Positions 51,576 to 64,000 of a DNA stretch of 64,000 nt are shown in pieces. Numbering within the stretch: position 1 is the stretch's first letter; every line of letters starts with the position of its first letter. This DNA is from Octopus vulgaris (lineage: Eukaryota): the NCBI GenBank assembly GCA_951406725.2, contig OX597819.1, positions 4,526,001-4,590,000 of the forward strand, read 5' to 3'. Under the pieces are notes generated by a model. It saw nothing but the letters and a program-made list of their open reading frames with translations, searched no databases and was not told the origin of the DNA. Position numbers and translations under genes: made by a program.

Positions 51576-54500
51576 TATTAACAAATTGTAAAATAAGTAA
51601 ATGTAACAGCTATACAGACTTAGTTCTCACCATTAATTGTTCCCATTTCCAACCGAAACGAGCTGTGGTTTTATCTTGTAAGAACCGCCTTTGTCCAACA
51701 ATTTTTATTAATTGTAGATGTTTAAGATTATAAAGTTTATGTTAAAGATATCAAACTCATTATCACAAAGTAGTCAGACTGTCAAAATATTTGCCCTGTT
51801 AAGATTACAGACTAAAAAATATATATCAGGGCCTAGAAACATAATATTTTACAAAATAAAGGTATCATTTATGATAACAGAGTTTTTGGTTGTGAATGAA
51901 GTGCTTTGTGTTAAATAGAAATTCATAATAATCTGCCAAACTGTGATTCATGTACGCTTGTTTCTATGCGGCGGGTGGTTGGGTAATGTGTGTGAATATG
52001 TGTGTATGTACATATTTATACACACATAATTTTCTGAACAACTATTTCTCAGTAAATATAATCACAGTAGCATCTATGTGTCTACATATTTACATGTCCA
52101 TGTACATGTGTGTTTGTATAGGGGGGAAAATCTTTTGAAGTGTTTCGACTTAAATACAGTACACAAATATATTACGTGTTTATGTATGACGAATGTGCGT
52201 CTACATGTTTTGATGTTTTGTATTTTTGTTCGGAGTGTGAATTTGTGAACGCAAAGACGACATTTTAAGAAGTAATTTGAAATTAGCCACAAAATTCTAG
52301 ATTTGTTTAGTGTGTTGCAAGTATGGTAAATGTTTCTGAGTATATATGTGCGTGTTGGAGCTCACATAAAGTCGTTGACTTCTCTTTAAATTTACACACG
52401 TTAAAGTTATGGTAAATAACTTTCTCGATTAGAATTTTTGGGCAATTTCAGGAACAAAATCAATTATGTAAATTGATACTTTACCACAACTGTTTAACTT
52501 GCCAGAATGAGTTGATCTATAAAGCTGATGGCTGAACAATTTTCAAGTTTGTGTGCCTGTTCGATGTGTGAAAATAACTGGAAGTAATGAAAGAGTATAA
52601 AAAATAACTACCTCAGGGAATGAATCATAAAATCTGGTTTAGCATCAAGGAAATATTATTAATGTTACTATCGGCTAAATAATTTTGCCTTGAATCGATT
52701 CAGTATTTTTATTCGTCAGTGTCTATTTAGCAATGGCCCCTAGATACAACATACGTGCACTTATAAATATACATGCTCAAATCTATATACATATCTGCAT
52801 ATTTAAGGATAGGCTTATAAATTATATACCGAAGAAAATTGGCAATTTGTTGCTTATATAGATCTAATAACTTTAAGAAGTTATTGATAGTTTCGCCTTC
52901 TTTTTTATAAATTAATATTGATCAGGCATTGTAAATGTTAGATAAAGAATATGAATCACTCATGTAGTTAAATACATTAAATCCCTATATTAATTTAAAC
53001 AAATAGGATAAAGGATCTTGTTGAAAGGAGTTAATAATGTTTGCAGTGCCGTTTAAACTCATTATTTATATTGCGGAATCTGGTAATCTAAACAAAGCTA
53101 GCTTCCGTATTATTTCAGACTTAATGTTGTTTACTTCTGACTAGAAACACTTATTTTCTGTGATTAGAAAGCGGGTAAATGGGATGCTTTAATCTCAATG
53201 TCTTTTCTGGGGACTTAAAGGACATAAGTGAAGAGAAACAGCATCAATGCTACTCTGAATTCGTTATTTTCCAAGCAGATTGAGGTATTTCCCCTGGACT
53301 TTATATTGATAAACCACACCAGCATTTTTTACTTATTCTGTAGACGCATGTAATCCCTCTTTTCAATTAATCTGACATGCACGTCACTGACTATGCTTCA
53401 CCGAGGAGGAGAATGCCTAATAAAATAACGGTGCCAGCTCCAAAACATGTCCAAAGTAACCACGTGTCAACCAAAGATCTGGCTATAGACCTCTCACTGA
53501 ATTGTCTATCTCCGAATTGAAAGAATTGGTACTCTGATGCGTCAACCCATTTCAAAATATTTTTTCTTTATTTTCTGTTTTAGTGGGCACCTTGCTTTGA
53601 TTTTAGTAAATCCTCACTCAAGAACATTTACTTCTCCGCTGTCCAGGTATGGTATTCATTTATTATAGATGTCAAACTCACCACATTAAGAGCACTAATG
53701 CTTCGCTCACAAAAGCCCATTGTGTACTCGCATGTGTGATAAAAATATCTTTCAAGGAATATGCTAAGATGAACAAAGGGAAATTTTTCAATAGAACAAG
53801 GGAAAGCTTAATTTTATAAATAAAATATTCAGAATAAATGTGTAATAAAGATTATGGATACAACTAGATAAAAAGAAAAACATTTAACGTTTAACAACAA
53901 AATCGATATGACATTCACATGGATACGCAGCATGACAAGGATGAGTGGGATGTGATTCTGTGGTTGTAGACATTTAATACGTAACGCTGCTTTAATACTT
54001 ACGATACTAAATTATAGAAACCATAACTTTTGTATTTTGCATTTTGGCAGCTGTCGATATGTCTTTTATCAGACGAGGCGCTGCTAATGCATAAATGTGA
54101 CAAGTGAATATAAAATTTGTTTCATTTTCACTCATTCAAGAGAATAATATACACTACGATAGATTTGAAATGTTTGTCGATATTTTTGCCACACAGTTTG
54201 ACATTATACATAAGTCAGAAGTTCCTTTTTTGGACAGATAATTTCTTAGCGCAGGTCCTCAATGACAAGTTATTTCTTCAATGCTACAATATCTGCATAG
54301 TGACAAATTTACATAGAGGAAACACGTAGAGTAGATCTCTCAATACGACATCCAGAATTGCATTGTATTCACTCAACACACAACTTAGACATTTCTTACA
54401 TACAACCGTAAAAGTCTAAATATTCAGTATCATAATACATGTATAAAATACAATTATATCCTGATACAATTACGTCGTAGAAAATGTTTTCTACATCCTT

Positions 54501-55209
54501 TATCTACAAACTTTGTCTTCTGTAAGTTTCCTATCGTTGTTTGGTTGTTATTTACTCCAAGGTCAGCCCTGATTGGTGACACATCATAAAAGGTGTTCCA
54601 GTCGTAGAAAACCATCTTTTATTCAAAATGCATCCAACACCACATTAACCAACGTGTTCTTCTCTTTCAAGGCGGTCAAGTGTGAATTCAGAGAGATTCA
54701 ATTGCAATTTTTTACCTGTGCAAATAATAGTGCCAAGATTTCCATAATTACGTTTGTATGTGAATGGTTTTTATATAAGCAAACACACGCGTAGGGGAGA
54801 CTATTCACAGCTATCGTCGTGGTTATAATTTATATACACTCACGGTTTCAGGATTATGCACCTACAGAAGTGCATGTATTGGTTACTAATCAACTACTCC
54901 ACACATTCTGATTTTTACTTATATTTATCGGCATACATTGCAGTATTTAGTTATTGCGGAAGCCCCATTAGAAGCTCGATGTTACAAATCGCAGTGGCAG
55001 AAAACTTTCAACTCAAATTGACTTACAGTTCTATATTTAAGAGATGAGGGATTATGTACATAATGTAAATAATCAAATTGACTTGTTTGACACTTCTAGA
55101 AAGAACTTGGCCAGTTGAATACAGTAATTCGCATTTCATTCGGAATATGATTTCATATTAAAAAAAACCTTGCACCGCTGTACCTCAAAATGTTTAGTCC
55201 CACACTGAA

Positions 55210-55655
55210 GGCGGCGAACTGGCAGAATCGTTAGCAAGCCGGGCGAAACGCTTAGCGATATTTCGTCTGCCGCTACGTTCTGAGTTCAAATTCCGCCGAG
55301 GTCGACTTTGCCTTTCATCCTTTCGGGATCGATAAATTAAGTACCAGCTACGCACTGGGGTCGATGTAATCGACTTAATCCCTTTGTCTGTCCTTGTTTG
55401 TCCCCTCTATGTTTAGCCCCTTGTGGATAATAAAGAAATAAGAATAGTTTAACACGATGAGCTGGAAGAATTGTTACGCAACTAGGAAAAAATATTTGCG
55501 GCATTTCTTCCGACGTTACGTTCCGATTTAAAATGCCACCGGGGTCGACTTTGCCTTTCATCCTTTCGGAGTCGATAAAATAAGCAGCAGTTAAAAACTG
55601 GGATCGATGTAATCGACTTATCCACCCTGATGAAATTGCTGGTCTCGTACCAATT
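55210..55655 (+). mobile_element. Two tandem SINE family B copies
   Basis: Young copy at 55210-55440 and a diverged copy at 55457-55655. Confidence 0.9.
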
Positions 55656-56055
55656 TTTGTGCATCATATAGTACCTTTTCTTGTTTTTGCAACTGATATA
55701 ATTTATTTTATCGTCAACTTCACTGAAATTGTGTTATTCATTTAGGTATGCAATAACTCTTGCCATGAAATAATAATGGAATAATACAATTGATAAGACG
55801 CGCCTGAAATTTAAAATTTAAGTTTTTTTTGTTATTTTCATTCCACATCTTCGTTTTTCGTTTTTCTTTTCTTTAGTAAAAGAGAGTTGATTTCCAAATG
55901 AGGAAATAGAAGAAAAATATATATATGACAAGAATATAAATGATTTAACTGGCATACTTCAGCCCAGTTATTTTTGTTGTCATGTAGTATCTATTTTTGC
56001 AATATATAAATTTATATGTGCGTGTGAGAGTCTGTGCGTGTGTGCGTGCGCGCAC

Positions 56056-56149
<94 letters not shown>

Positions 56150-56399
56150 TGCAAACGAGCCAAGTCAGATTTTTTTGTGTATGTGCAAAGGTTTTAAAAT
56201 TCCACCTAAGAATTTATGGAAATAGTATCTTCAAAATTATAAATTCTTGGGAATGGGATGTAATATGGACTGGGTTTTTTTGCTTGTTTTTTTTTTTTCA
56301 TTTTCTTTTACTTCAAAGGATAAAAGGATACTTGACTTCAAAAGGGACGTAACTAAATACTAGTTTTGATTCCTTACTGAATACTAATATCAAGTTTAT

Positions 56400-56980
56400 T
56401 CTAGAATTTTGGGGATGATCAGTCGATCATATCAATCCTAGTTTTTTATTATTTGATTAGTTGTAAATGTAACGATCTCGAAAGAATGAAATGTAAAGTT
56501 GCCCTCGGCAGGATTTGAACACACAACGAAGATGTAGCCCAATGCTACTACTGATAATGCTTAAGGCGGCGAGCTGGCAGAGTCGTTAGCACGCCGGGCA
56601 AAATACTTAGCGGCTTTTCGTCCGTCCTTATGTTCCGAGTTCAAATTCTGCCGAGGTCGACTTTGCCTTTCATCTCTTCGGGATCGATAAAATAAGTACC
56701 AGTTGAGTACTGAGGTCGATGTAATCAACTCACTCCTCCTCCGAAATTCTTTTCTACTCTAGGCACAAGGCCCGAAATTTTGGGGGAGGGGGCCAGTCGA
56801 TTAGATCGACCCCAGTACACAACTGGTATTTAATTTATCTACCCCAAAAAGGATGAAAGGCAAAGTCGACTTCGGTGGAATTTGAACTCAGAAGCATTTC
56901 ACCCGGCGTGCTAACGTTTCTGCCAGCTCGCCGCTTTATCCTCCTCCGAAATTCATGGCTCTATGACAAAATTTGAAACC
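56400..56980. mobile_element. Cluster of family B SINEs with a nested insertion
   Basis: Minus remnant at 56400-56530 and a plus copy at 56565-56980, interrupted by a minus copy at 56750-56934 with TSD tcctcctccgaaattc. Confidence 0.9.
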
Positions 56981-57537
56981 AATATCTATAATGATTTCCT
57001 ATATAGGCGCAATGCTGAAAATTTGTGGGCTGATAAAGTGGAGGTACTTGACTGAGATTTCATTTTATCTTCTCCTGAAGTATTTAAGGCAAAGTTGACT
57101 TTGGCGGAATTTGAATTCAGAAATCATATTTTCTTTATAAAAAAATAATCGTTAGAGCCTGAAATTTCTTTTGTCATTGAAGATAAGGGTCAGTGTCGGG
57201 ATGCTGTCCTAGTTATGTTAAGAATAGGATTTCACCAGTAGAGTTCTTTGGTAATAGAGAGGTGCAGCAATCGAAACGACCGAAAGAACTCTAGCAAAGT
57301 TCTCATGTTTAGGAGGATGGGTAATGTTAATCGATATTTGTCTTACTTCCTTGCTTTTGAAAGAGATGAGTTTTACATCGCAAAGCTGTGACACGAGGAG
57401 ATATTGATAAATCGAGTATACCTCATCATGCATGGAAGACCGAGTGCAGATATGAGTAGCATATGGGAACCAGTATTAAGGAAGGATAGGAAAATATTAG
57501 ATTTATAAGCCCTAAAATTCACTCCATAATTGCCCAC

Positions 57538-57803
57538 GGGCATACAGCGTAGTGGTTAAGATCGCAGGCGACTAACCTCAAGATTCCGATTTGAGATTTG
57601 AGGTTAGTAGTAATAACAGAAATAATAACATCGAAAAATACCTTAGGAATGAGAACCCAGGTTCGAAATTTCCCCCAAGACACATGAAGAAGGCTGGAGG
57701 GTATATCAACCGAAACGTTGTGTTTACAACAAACAAGATGAGGACAAATATCCATCGAATGTAAATAATGTACATAAATCCTCATCTCTTAAATATAGAA
57801 CTG
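57538..57803 (+). mobile_element. tRNA-headed short element with a hammerhead-like tail
   Basis: gggcatacagcgtagtggttaagatcgc (A-box-like), then gacac-ATGAAGA-aggctg..caacc-GAAAC-GTT-gtgtt. Its 3' end recurs inverted at 55025-55065. Confidence 0.55.
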
Positions 57804-57974
57804 GATGAGGTTTACATATTCCTATTGGAAGATGCGCTCCAGATCTTTGTTCATGAAGTCAATGTCTAGGTTGCGAGTGGTCATTCAGGAGTGAGAGGGA
57901 GAAAGAGAAAGAGAGATTCAAGGTGCTGGAGGGAAGAAGGTAGTTTTATTATGCCTGTCCATTACCTTACAAAT

Positions 57975-58351
57975 ATTGGTTTCAAATTTTGGCACAAGAC
58001 GACCTAGTCAATTACATCGATCCCAATTCTTAACTGGTACTTATATTATCGACCCCGGAAAGATGAGAGGCAAAGCTGACTTCAGCGGAATTTGAACTCA
58101 GAACACAGAGATGGATGAAATGCTGCTAAGCGCTTTGAAATATTGCTTTCAAATTTTGGCACAAGGCCAGTAAGTTTGGGGGATGATGTAAGTCGATTAC
58201 GCCGACCCCAGTGTTCAACTGGTACTAATTTTATTGACGCCGAAATGATGAAAGTCGACCTCGGTGGAATATGAACTCAGAGCGTAAAGACGGGTGAAAT
58301 GACTCTAAGCAGTTTACCAGGCGTGCTAACGATCCTTCCAGTTCGCCGCCC
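57975..58351 (-). mobile_element. Two tandem diverged SINE family B copies
   Basis: Two repeats of tttcaaattttggcacaag...aactggtact...gaactcaga. Confidence 0.8.
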
Positions 58352-59207
58352 TCTTTACCTTAGAAATATTAGAAGTGAATGCAATCGGACGGTAATTGGT
58401 AAGGCCCGAAGAGTTGCTTTCTTGAAAATGAAACAATGTTGCAAGAAACAATATAGCATGTTTCCAAAGATTAGTAAAGAGCCCTTTTGAGAGAGAGATC
58501 AAAGAGTTTGGTGGGTACAGAGGCTAGTTCTAAAACGCAATGTTTTTGACGGTAATATGCATGCAAGATGGCGGAGCTGGGAGGAAGAAAAGGAGAGATT
58601 TTCCAAGAGTGTATAGTGTAGAGTTAATTACAAAGCGGGAAGCGAAGATGGAGACTTACTCTACTAGTGTACTTCTCACCAAAAGAGTCGTTATTTTGCA
58701 GTGAGAGAAAAGAGGATCGCTCAAAATTGGAGGATAGTATTGTTACAGGAACAAAGATCGGCTGCTGTTTTGGAAGAAGGAATAACTTAAGGGCGATAAA
58801 ATGAATTCATCTTGTATAGTACGAACTCACCTTGTGTAGACTTTCAGATATTATGTTGTTGAGTAAACCTCACCAGATTTCGATGATGAGAAGTTTTAAC
58901 AAAACGTTATTGGCCTGGCTTTTTGTCTGAACAGTTTCAACACAACTATAAATGAACTACTTGGGATCCTTGGGCTCTTGGATTGTCTTCAAATACCTTT
59001 CAATGTATTTTCTCGAAACCAAAAATGAACAACAAGAGACAACGTTTAATCTCTAACTACATACATTCTGTAGTTATTTTGATGTATTCTACTTTATTAA
59101 ATGCTTCTGGTAGTTCTGGTGAGAGAATATTGATCCTGCAATGAAACAGACTTCAGTATCAACTTCTCAACCAGTGTTGTTGCTTTCCTCTGTCAGTTTA
59201 GTTTTTA

Positions 59208-59621
59208 TTACTCTTTTACTCTTTTACTTGTTTCAGTCATTTGACTGCGGCCATGCTGGAGCACCGCCTTTAGTCGAGCAAATCGACCCCGGGACTTATT
59301 CTTTGTAAGCCCAGTACTTATTCTATCGGTCTCTTTTGCCGAACCGCTAAGTAACGGGGACGTAAACACACTAGCATCGGTTGTCAAGCAATGCTAGGGG
59401 GACAAACACAGACACACAAACACACACACATACATATATATGTATATATATATATATACGACAGGCTTCTTTCAGTTTCCGTCTACCAAATCCACTCACA
59501 AGGCTTTGGTCGGCCCGGGGCTATAGCAGAAGACACTTGCCCAAGATGCCACGCAGTGGGACTGAACCCGGAACCATGTGGTTGGTAAGCAAGCTACTTA
59601 CCACACAGCCACTCCTGCGCC
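59208..59621 (-). mobile_element. SINE family A, young full-length copy
   Basis: Complete head to tail. Confidence 0.95.
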
Positions 59622-61284
59622 TATGTAGTCCTTTGTTAAGGTTCTTTTTTTTTTAGCTTTTTCATAATTTATTTCCTTTTTATCCACACAACAAGCTATC
59701 TCTTCCGTTTCTGGTTTATATTTGTTGCTCTCCTTGTTGGATCTGTTGTGTTTCCTCTCGATCAGTGGAAGACAGTAAAGCGATCCTTCTGATGGACTCG
59801 GCTGGCAGCCATATGTTTCCTACACAGGACAATAGTTGTGCACAAGTCAGCAATGTTTGGACACTGAACAAGTACATGCAGAAATATTTCGTCATTCTGA
59901 AGGAAAGGCGATGCTTCAGTTCTTGTAGAGCTTATTACCGAAAAGGTTGTCACCAGCGTCAGTACTACGATACTGAGCATGTTCGTAATTTATCCGCACA
60001 AATCTTTTCAAAATGTTCAATCAAGTGACCCACAACATCGAGAGGTGTGCATTGTCGTTGTCATCAATGTTATTATCATAAGGACAGTAGAGAGTCACAA
60101 AACCCAAGTGACAGTAGTTTCACCTTTTTGCCTTCCCATTTCAAATTATATCAGGTCAATTTGAACTTCCATCATTTCAGCGAAGATAAAATAAGTAATT
60201 ACCATACACTGGCATCGATTCAATCGATTCAATACTTACACTACGGAACTGAGAACTTTGCTGCCAATGTTAGAAGTCAGTACCTGTACCAACAAACCCA
60301 ACACCCCCACGCCTCACACACCACCACCACCACCATCACTTCCACCACAACTACCACTACCACCAACTTCATTTCTAAATCGCACCTGATACCTATACAG
60401 ATTAAATTGTAGCTGCTGCTGTTAGTTATAACGTATTTCATCTTCTGTTCTGTCTGCAAATCAACCATTCAGGCTTCTTTGCTCAATGATTTCCACGTCC
60501 TGCCGCCGCTAAAACCCAGATGACATTAGCTACTACTTCCTTCTTGCTTAATAGGGGGTGTAATTATCTTACGAAATCTCTCATTGTTAGCACATTTTCA
60601 TACGATTATATATTTCGTAGGGCGAATTGCTACAATAAAATTTCATCCCAGCAGTGGTGATGTATTATCTAAAACCAGCATGAAGCTCCTTTCTTAAATA
60701 ATTCTCATGTTAATTCTCTGTATATCCGAAGCGTTCGAAACTGTATGCTGGAGACTCTAAATATTATTGCATTCAAACATAATCTTTAATCTCCACCTGG
60801 GTCCAGTAATATAGATTTTTCGAAGATATGCTTGTATAGTCAAAAAAAAAAAGAGAAAAACTTGAGAATCTTGTGTTGTGTATATTTTGTGAACATTCGC
60901 ATGAATGTGTATATATCTACGTGAGTGGGCGAGATGGGGATGTTTCTACGTGTGACTGTGTATATAACATGTATTTGGGTTTCTGCATGTAACTGAATGA
61001 AAGTATGCATTTGGAGATACAGTATATATATATTAGTATTTGGGTATATAAGAGTATGCGCATATAAGTTCTTATAAGCATGCCACATTTGAAATACACA
61101 TAAGGCAGTCGACTATTTTCGCTATAGCTACACACACACATGCACACATATTAATTTAGATATATATATACACATAAATACATACAAATATACATGTAAA
61201 TATATATAGATACATACATACAGTTATATGTATGTACATACAATTATGTACATAAATATTATATACACATATGCATATACATAT

Positions 61285-61350
<66 letters not shown>

Positions 61351-61650
61351 AACGCGCACATATAAATACAAATATAGGTACATATATGCAACGTGTGTGC
61401 AGTTTGCGTACGACGTGTTATGTTAGCATCCATTATTACGACCATGATGTTTCCACTCGCACTTAACATACGCTGAGTCAACATTCCACATTACACACAC
61501 ATTGAAATCCAGGTAGCTATTTCTAGACACACTTCTGTGCGCATTTTGTGTATGGAGTGTAACAAGCAGCTAAATTTAATGGTTACTGAATAGAATTAAC
61601 TATGACTTCAAAGGGCTAAATTAGCTACAGGTGTGTGTGTGTGAATATAT

Positions 61651-61882
<232 letters not shown>

Positions 61883-62016
61883 TGTATGTAGTCACGTATA
61901 CATGTCTATGGTAATATATATTCAACGTAAATATAGTAATATGAAGCTCGTATGTATAAAAAAATCTTAAATTTGATATGTATCAGCAATACAAACTTAG
62001 ACAAGTGTGTGTATAT

Positions 62017-62052
<36 letters not shown>

Positions 62053-62107
62053 TCGTTTGTGTGTGTGTGTGCGTGTGTCCGTCCAGACACGACCGAATGC
62101 ATTCTTT

Positions 62108-62270
62108 TGCTTTTACTCGTTTCAATCATTGGACTGCGGCCATGCTGGGGCACCGCTTTCAAGGGTTTAGTCGTATGAATTGACTCCATTACTTTTTTTG
62201 TTAAAGTCTGTCAATTATTTTATTGATCTCTTTTGCTGAAACCGCTAAGTTACATCGGCGTAAACGAATC
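62108..62270 (-). mobile_element. SINE family A, 3' half (old)
   Basis: gactgcggccatgctggggcaccgc...accgctaagttac. Confidence 0.75.
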
Positions 62271-62299
62271 GACTTTGTCTAGTACTGAGGGAAATACAA

Positions 62300-62700
62300 C
62301 ATTGGGAGATTGTTTATGTATGATCAAGTGCATTTAAATGGTTGGGAAGAAAGCAAGGGATGACGCGAAGAACACTGGAAGATGTTGCCAGAGTGTCGCA
62401 GAGCTGAACACTTAAGAAACAGTCTGTTTTACCAAAGAAGGCTACCTCAGTTGGCATGTGATGCAGTATGTGGTGTTGGCAGATGTCTAGCTAAAGATTT
62501 ACATAATCTGGCACTGAGATTCTGGGTCACCGATTGTTGTGGCGTTATCCATGTATTAACAGGTGTGATGTATTCGGCACGTGCACCTGAAAATACCAGG
62601 ATGAGTGTAGATGGAGGATAGAGAGCGTTTAAATAATAGCCGTAGGATTCTAATCTCGTTTAAATTTGGAGACGAAATCTAAATCAGTGCTACATGGTTG
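62300..62700 (-). pseudogene. Possible decayed CR1/Jockey-type LINE endonuclease region
   Basis: Minus-strand PRISVPDYVNL*LDIC...FFGKTDC weakly resembles the APE C-terminal PTR.PD...LDL...G.SDH motif. Confidence 0.35.
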
Positions 62701-63019
62701 ACGAAGTCGGAAAAATTGTGAGAAAGGAATAGCGGATTTCTTGCGTCTGGACATGGATGTAGCTATCCATCCATCTTTCCATAGTAATTTATTTCTAGCC
62801 ATTTGTTATTTCATAAAAGTTAAATTATTGGTGTGTCGGTTTACATTTCAGTTTCTCACTTCAACTATTCACTTGAATATCGGTTAATGTTTTCTTTGAT
62901 AAAAAAAATTCTGAGTATGCATGCACACACATACACGCGCACACACGCATAAACACACACACACAAACAAACACACACACACACACACATACACACACAT
63001 ACATATATATATACATATA

Positions 63020-63311
<292 letters not shown>

Positions 63312-63404
63312 GTATATATGTATATGTATATATATATATGTGGGTATATATATATTTCTTTTGCAAGATTTTTGATGTGAAATCGTGTGTTGAAACAGAT
63401 ATTG

Positions 63405-63920
63405 TTGTATTTAGGAATGGTCATTTTGCCATTTTAGCCAATACAAACATACGCACTATATATTTGGTGTTACTTTGCTTCAGCGTTATTTATTTTTTAC
63501 ATTAATCTTAATCTTATTTCGGCTAGAGTTCTTTCGTCACTCATAAAAATAAACAAAAACAAATTACACGAACGTATATAAACAGGAGATACTAATATTA
63601 CAGGCACTTCCCCCCCCCCACACACACACACTAACTAAACATAGACACACATAGAGGTATACACATGCGCAAATGAAGACACATACAATAGGAATACAAA
63701 ATACAAAATGGCTGACCGTTAGTAAGGAGAGACACACAAATAAGAAAGAAGAAAGCAAAGGACCACTGATGAGGTCACAGTAGTGTGGCGAAAGAACTCT
63801 GGCCGAAATAAGATTAAGATTAATGTAAAAAATAAATATCGCTGAAGCAAAGTAACACCAAATATATAATGCGTCTATTTATATTGGCTAAACTGGCAAA
63901 ATGACCATTCTTAATTACAA
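63405..63920. repeat. Foldback inverted repeat, Penelope pLTR-like
   Basis: 63405-63540 is the reverse complement of 63785-63920, with (TA)n on both sides. Confidence 0.9.
63760..63804 (+). ncRNA. Minimal type I hammerhead with a CUC cleavage triplet
   Basis: ggacca-CTGATGA-g-gtcaca(gtag)tgtggc-GAAAG-aa-CTC-tggcc. Confidence 0.65.
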
Positions 63921-63987
<67 letters not shown>

Positions 63988-64000
63988 ATGTATGTATAGC

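Noticed and set aside
57180-58950. Purine-rich stretches suggesting an old LINE body
   Set aside because: No diagnostic motifs could be read with confidence.

Overview
Repeat-dense, AT-rich eukaryotic intergenic or intronic DNA. The SINE families and (TA)n/(TACA)n load suggest an Octopus-type cephalopod genome (inference). No intact host protein-coding gene is recognisable, and most ORFs in the track are microsatellite or SINE artefacts. The window holds about 30 tRNA-derived SINEs from at least 4 families, an R2-like LINE with zinc fingers, Myb and RT (15.6-18.7 kb), three 3' ends of an R4/Dong-like REL retrotransposon tied to (TACA)n arrays, a young RTE LINE (44.5-45.8 kb) plus RTE fragments, a Penelope RT fragment, a Chapaev3-like DNA transposon, two Helitron-type elements and a MITE. 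The most notable signal is about 11 minimal type I hammerhead-ribozyme motifs in Penelope-like pLTR or foldback pieces, mostly next to (TA)n tracts. They include a U3-A8 compensatory core variant, a U4C variant and a tRNA-headed SINE-like element with a hammerhead-type tail. A repeated hairpin motif also lies upstream of the R2-like ORF. Coordinates were read by eye and are approximate to a few bases.
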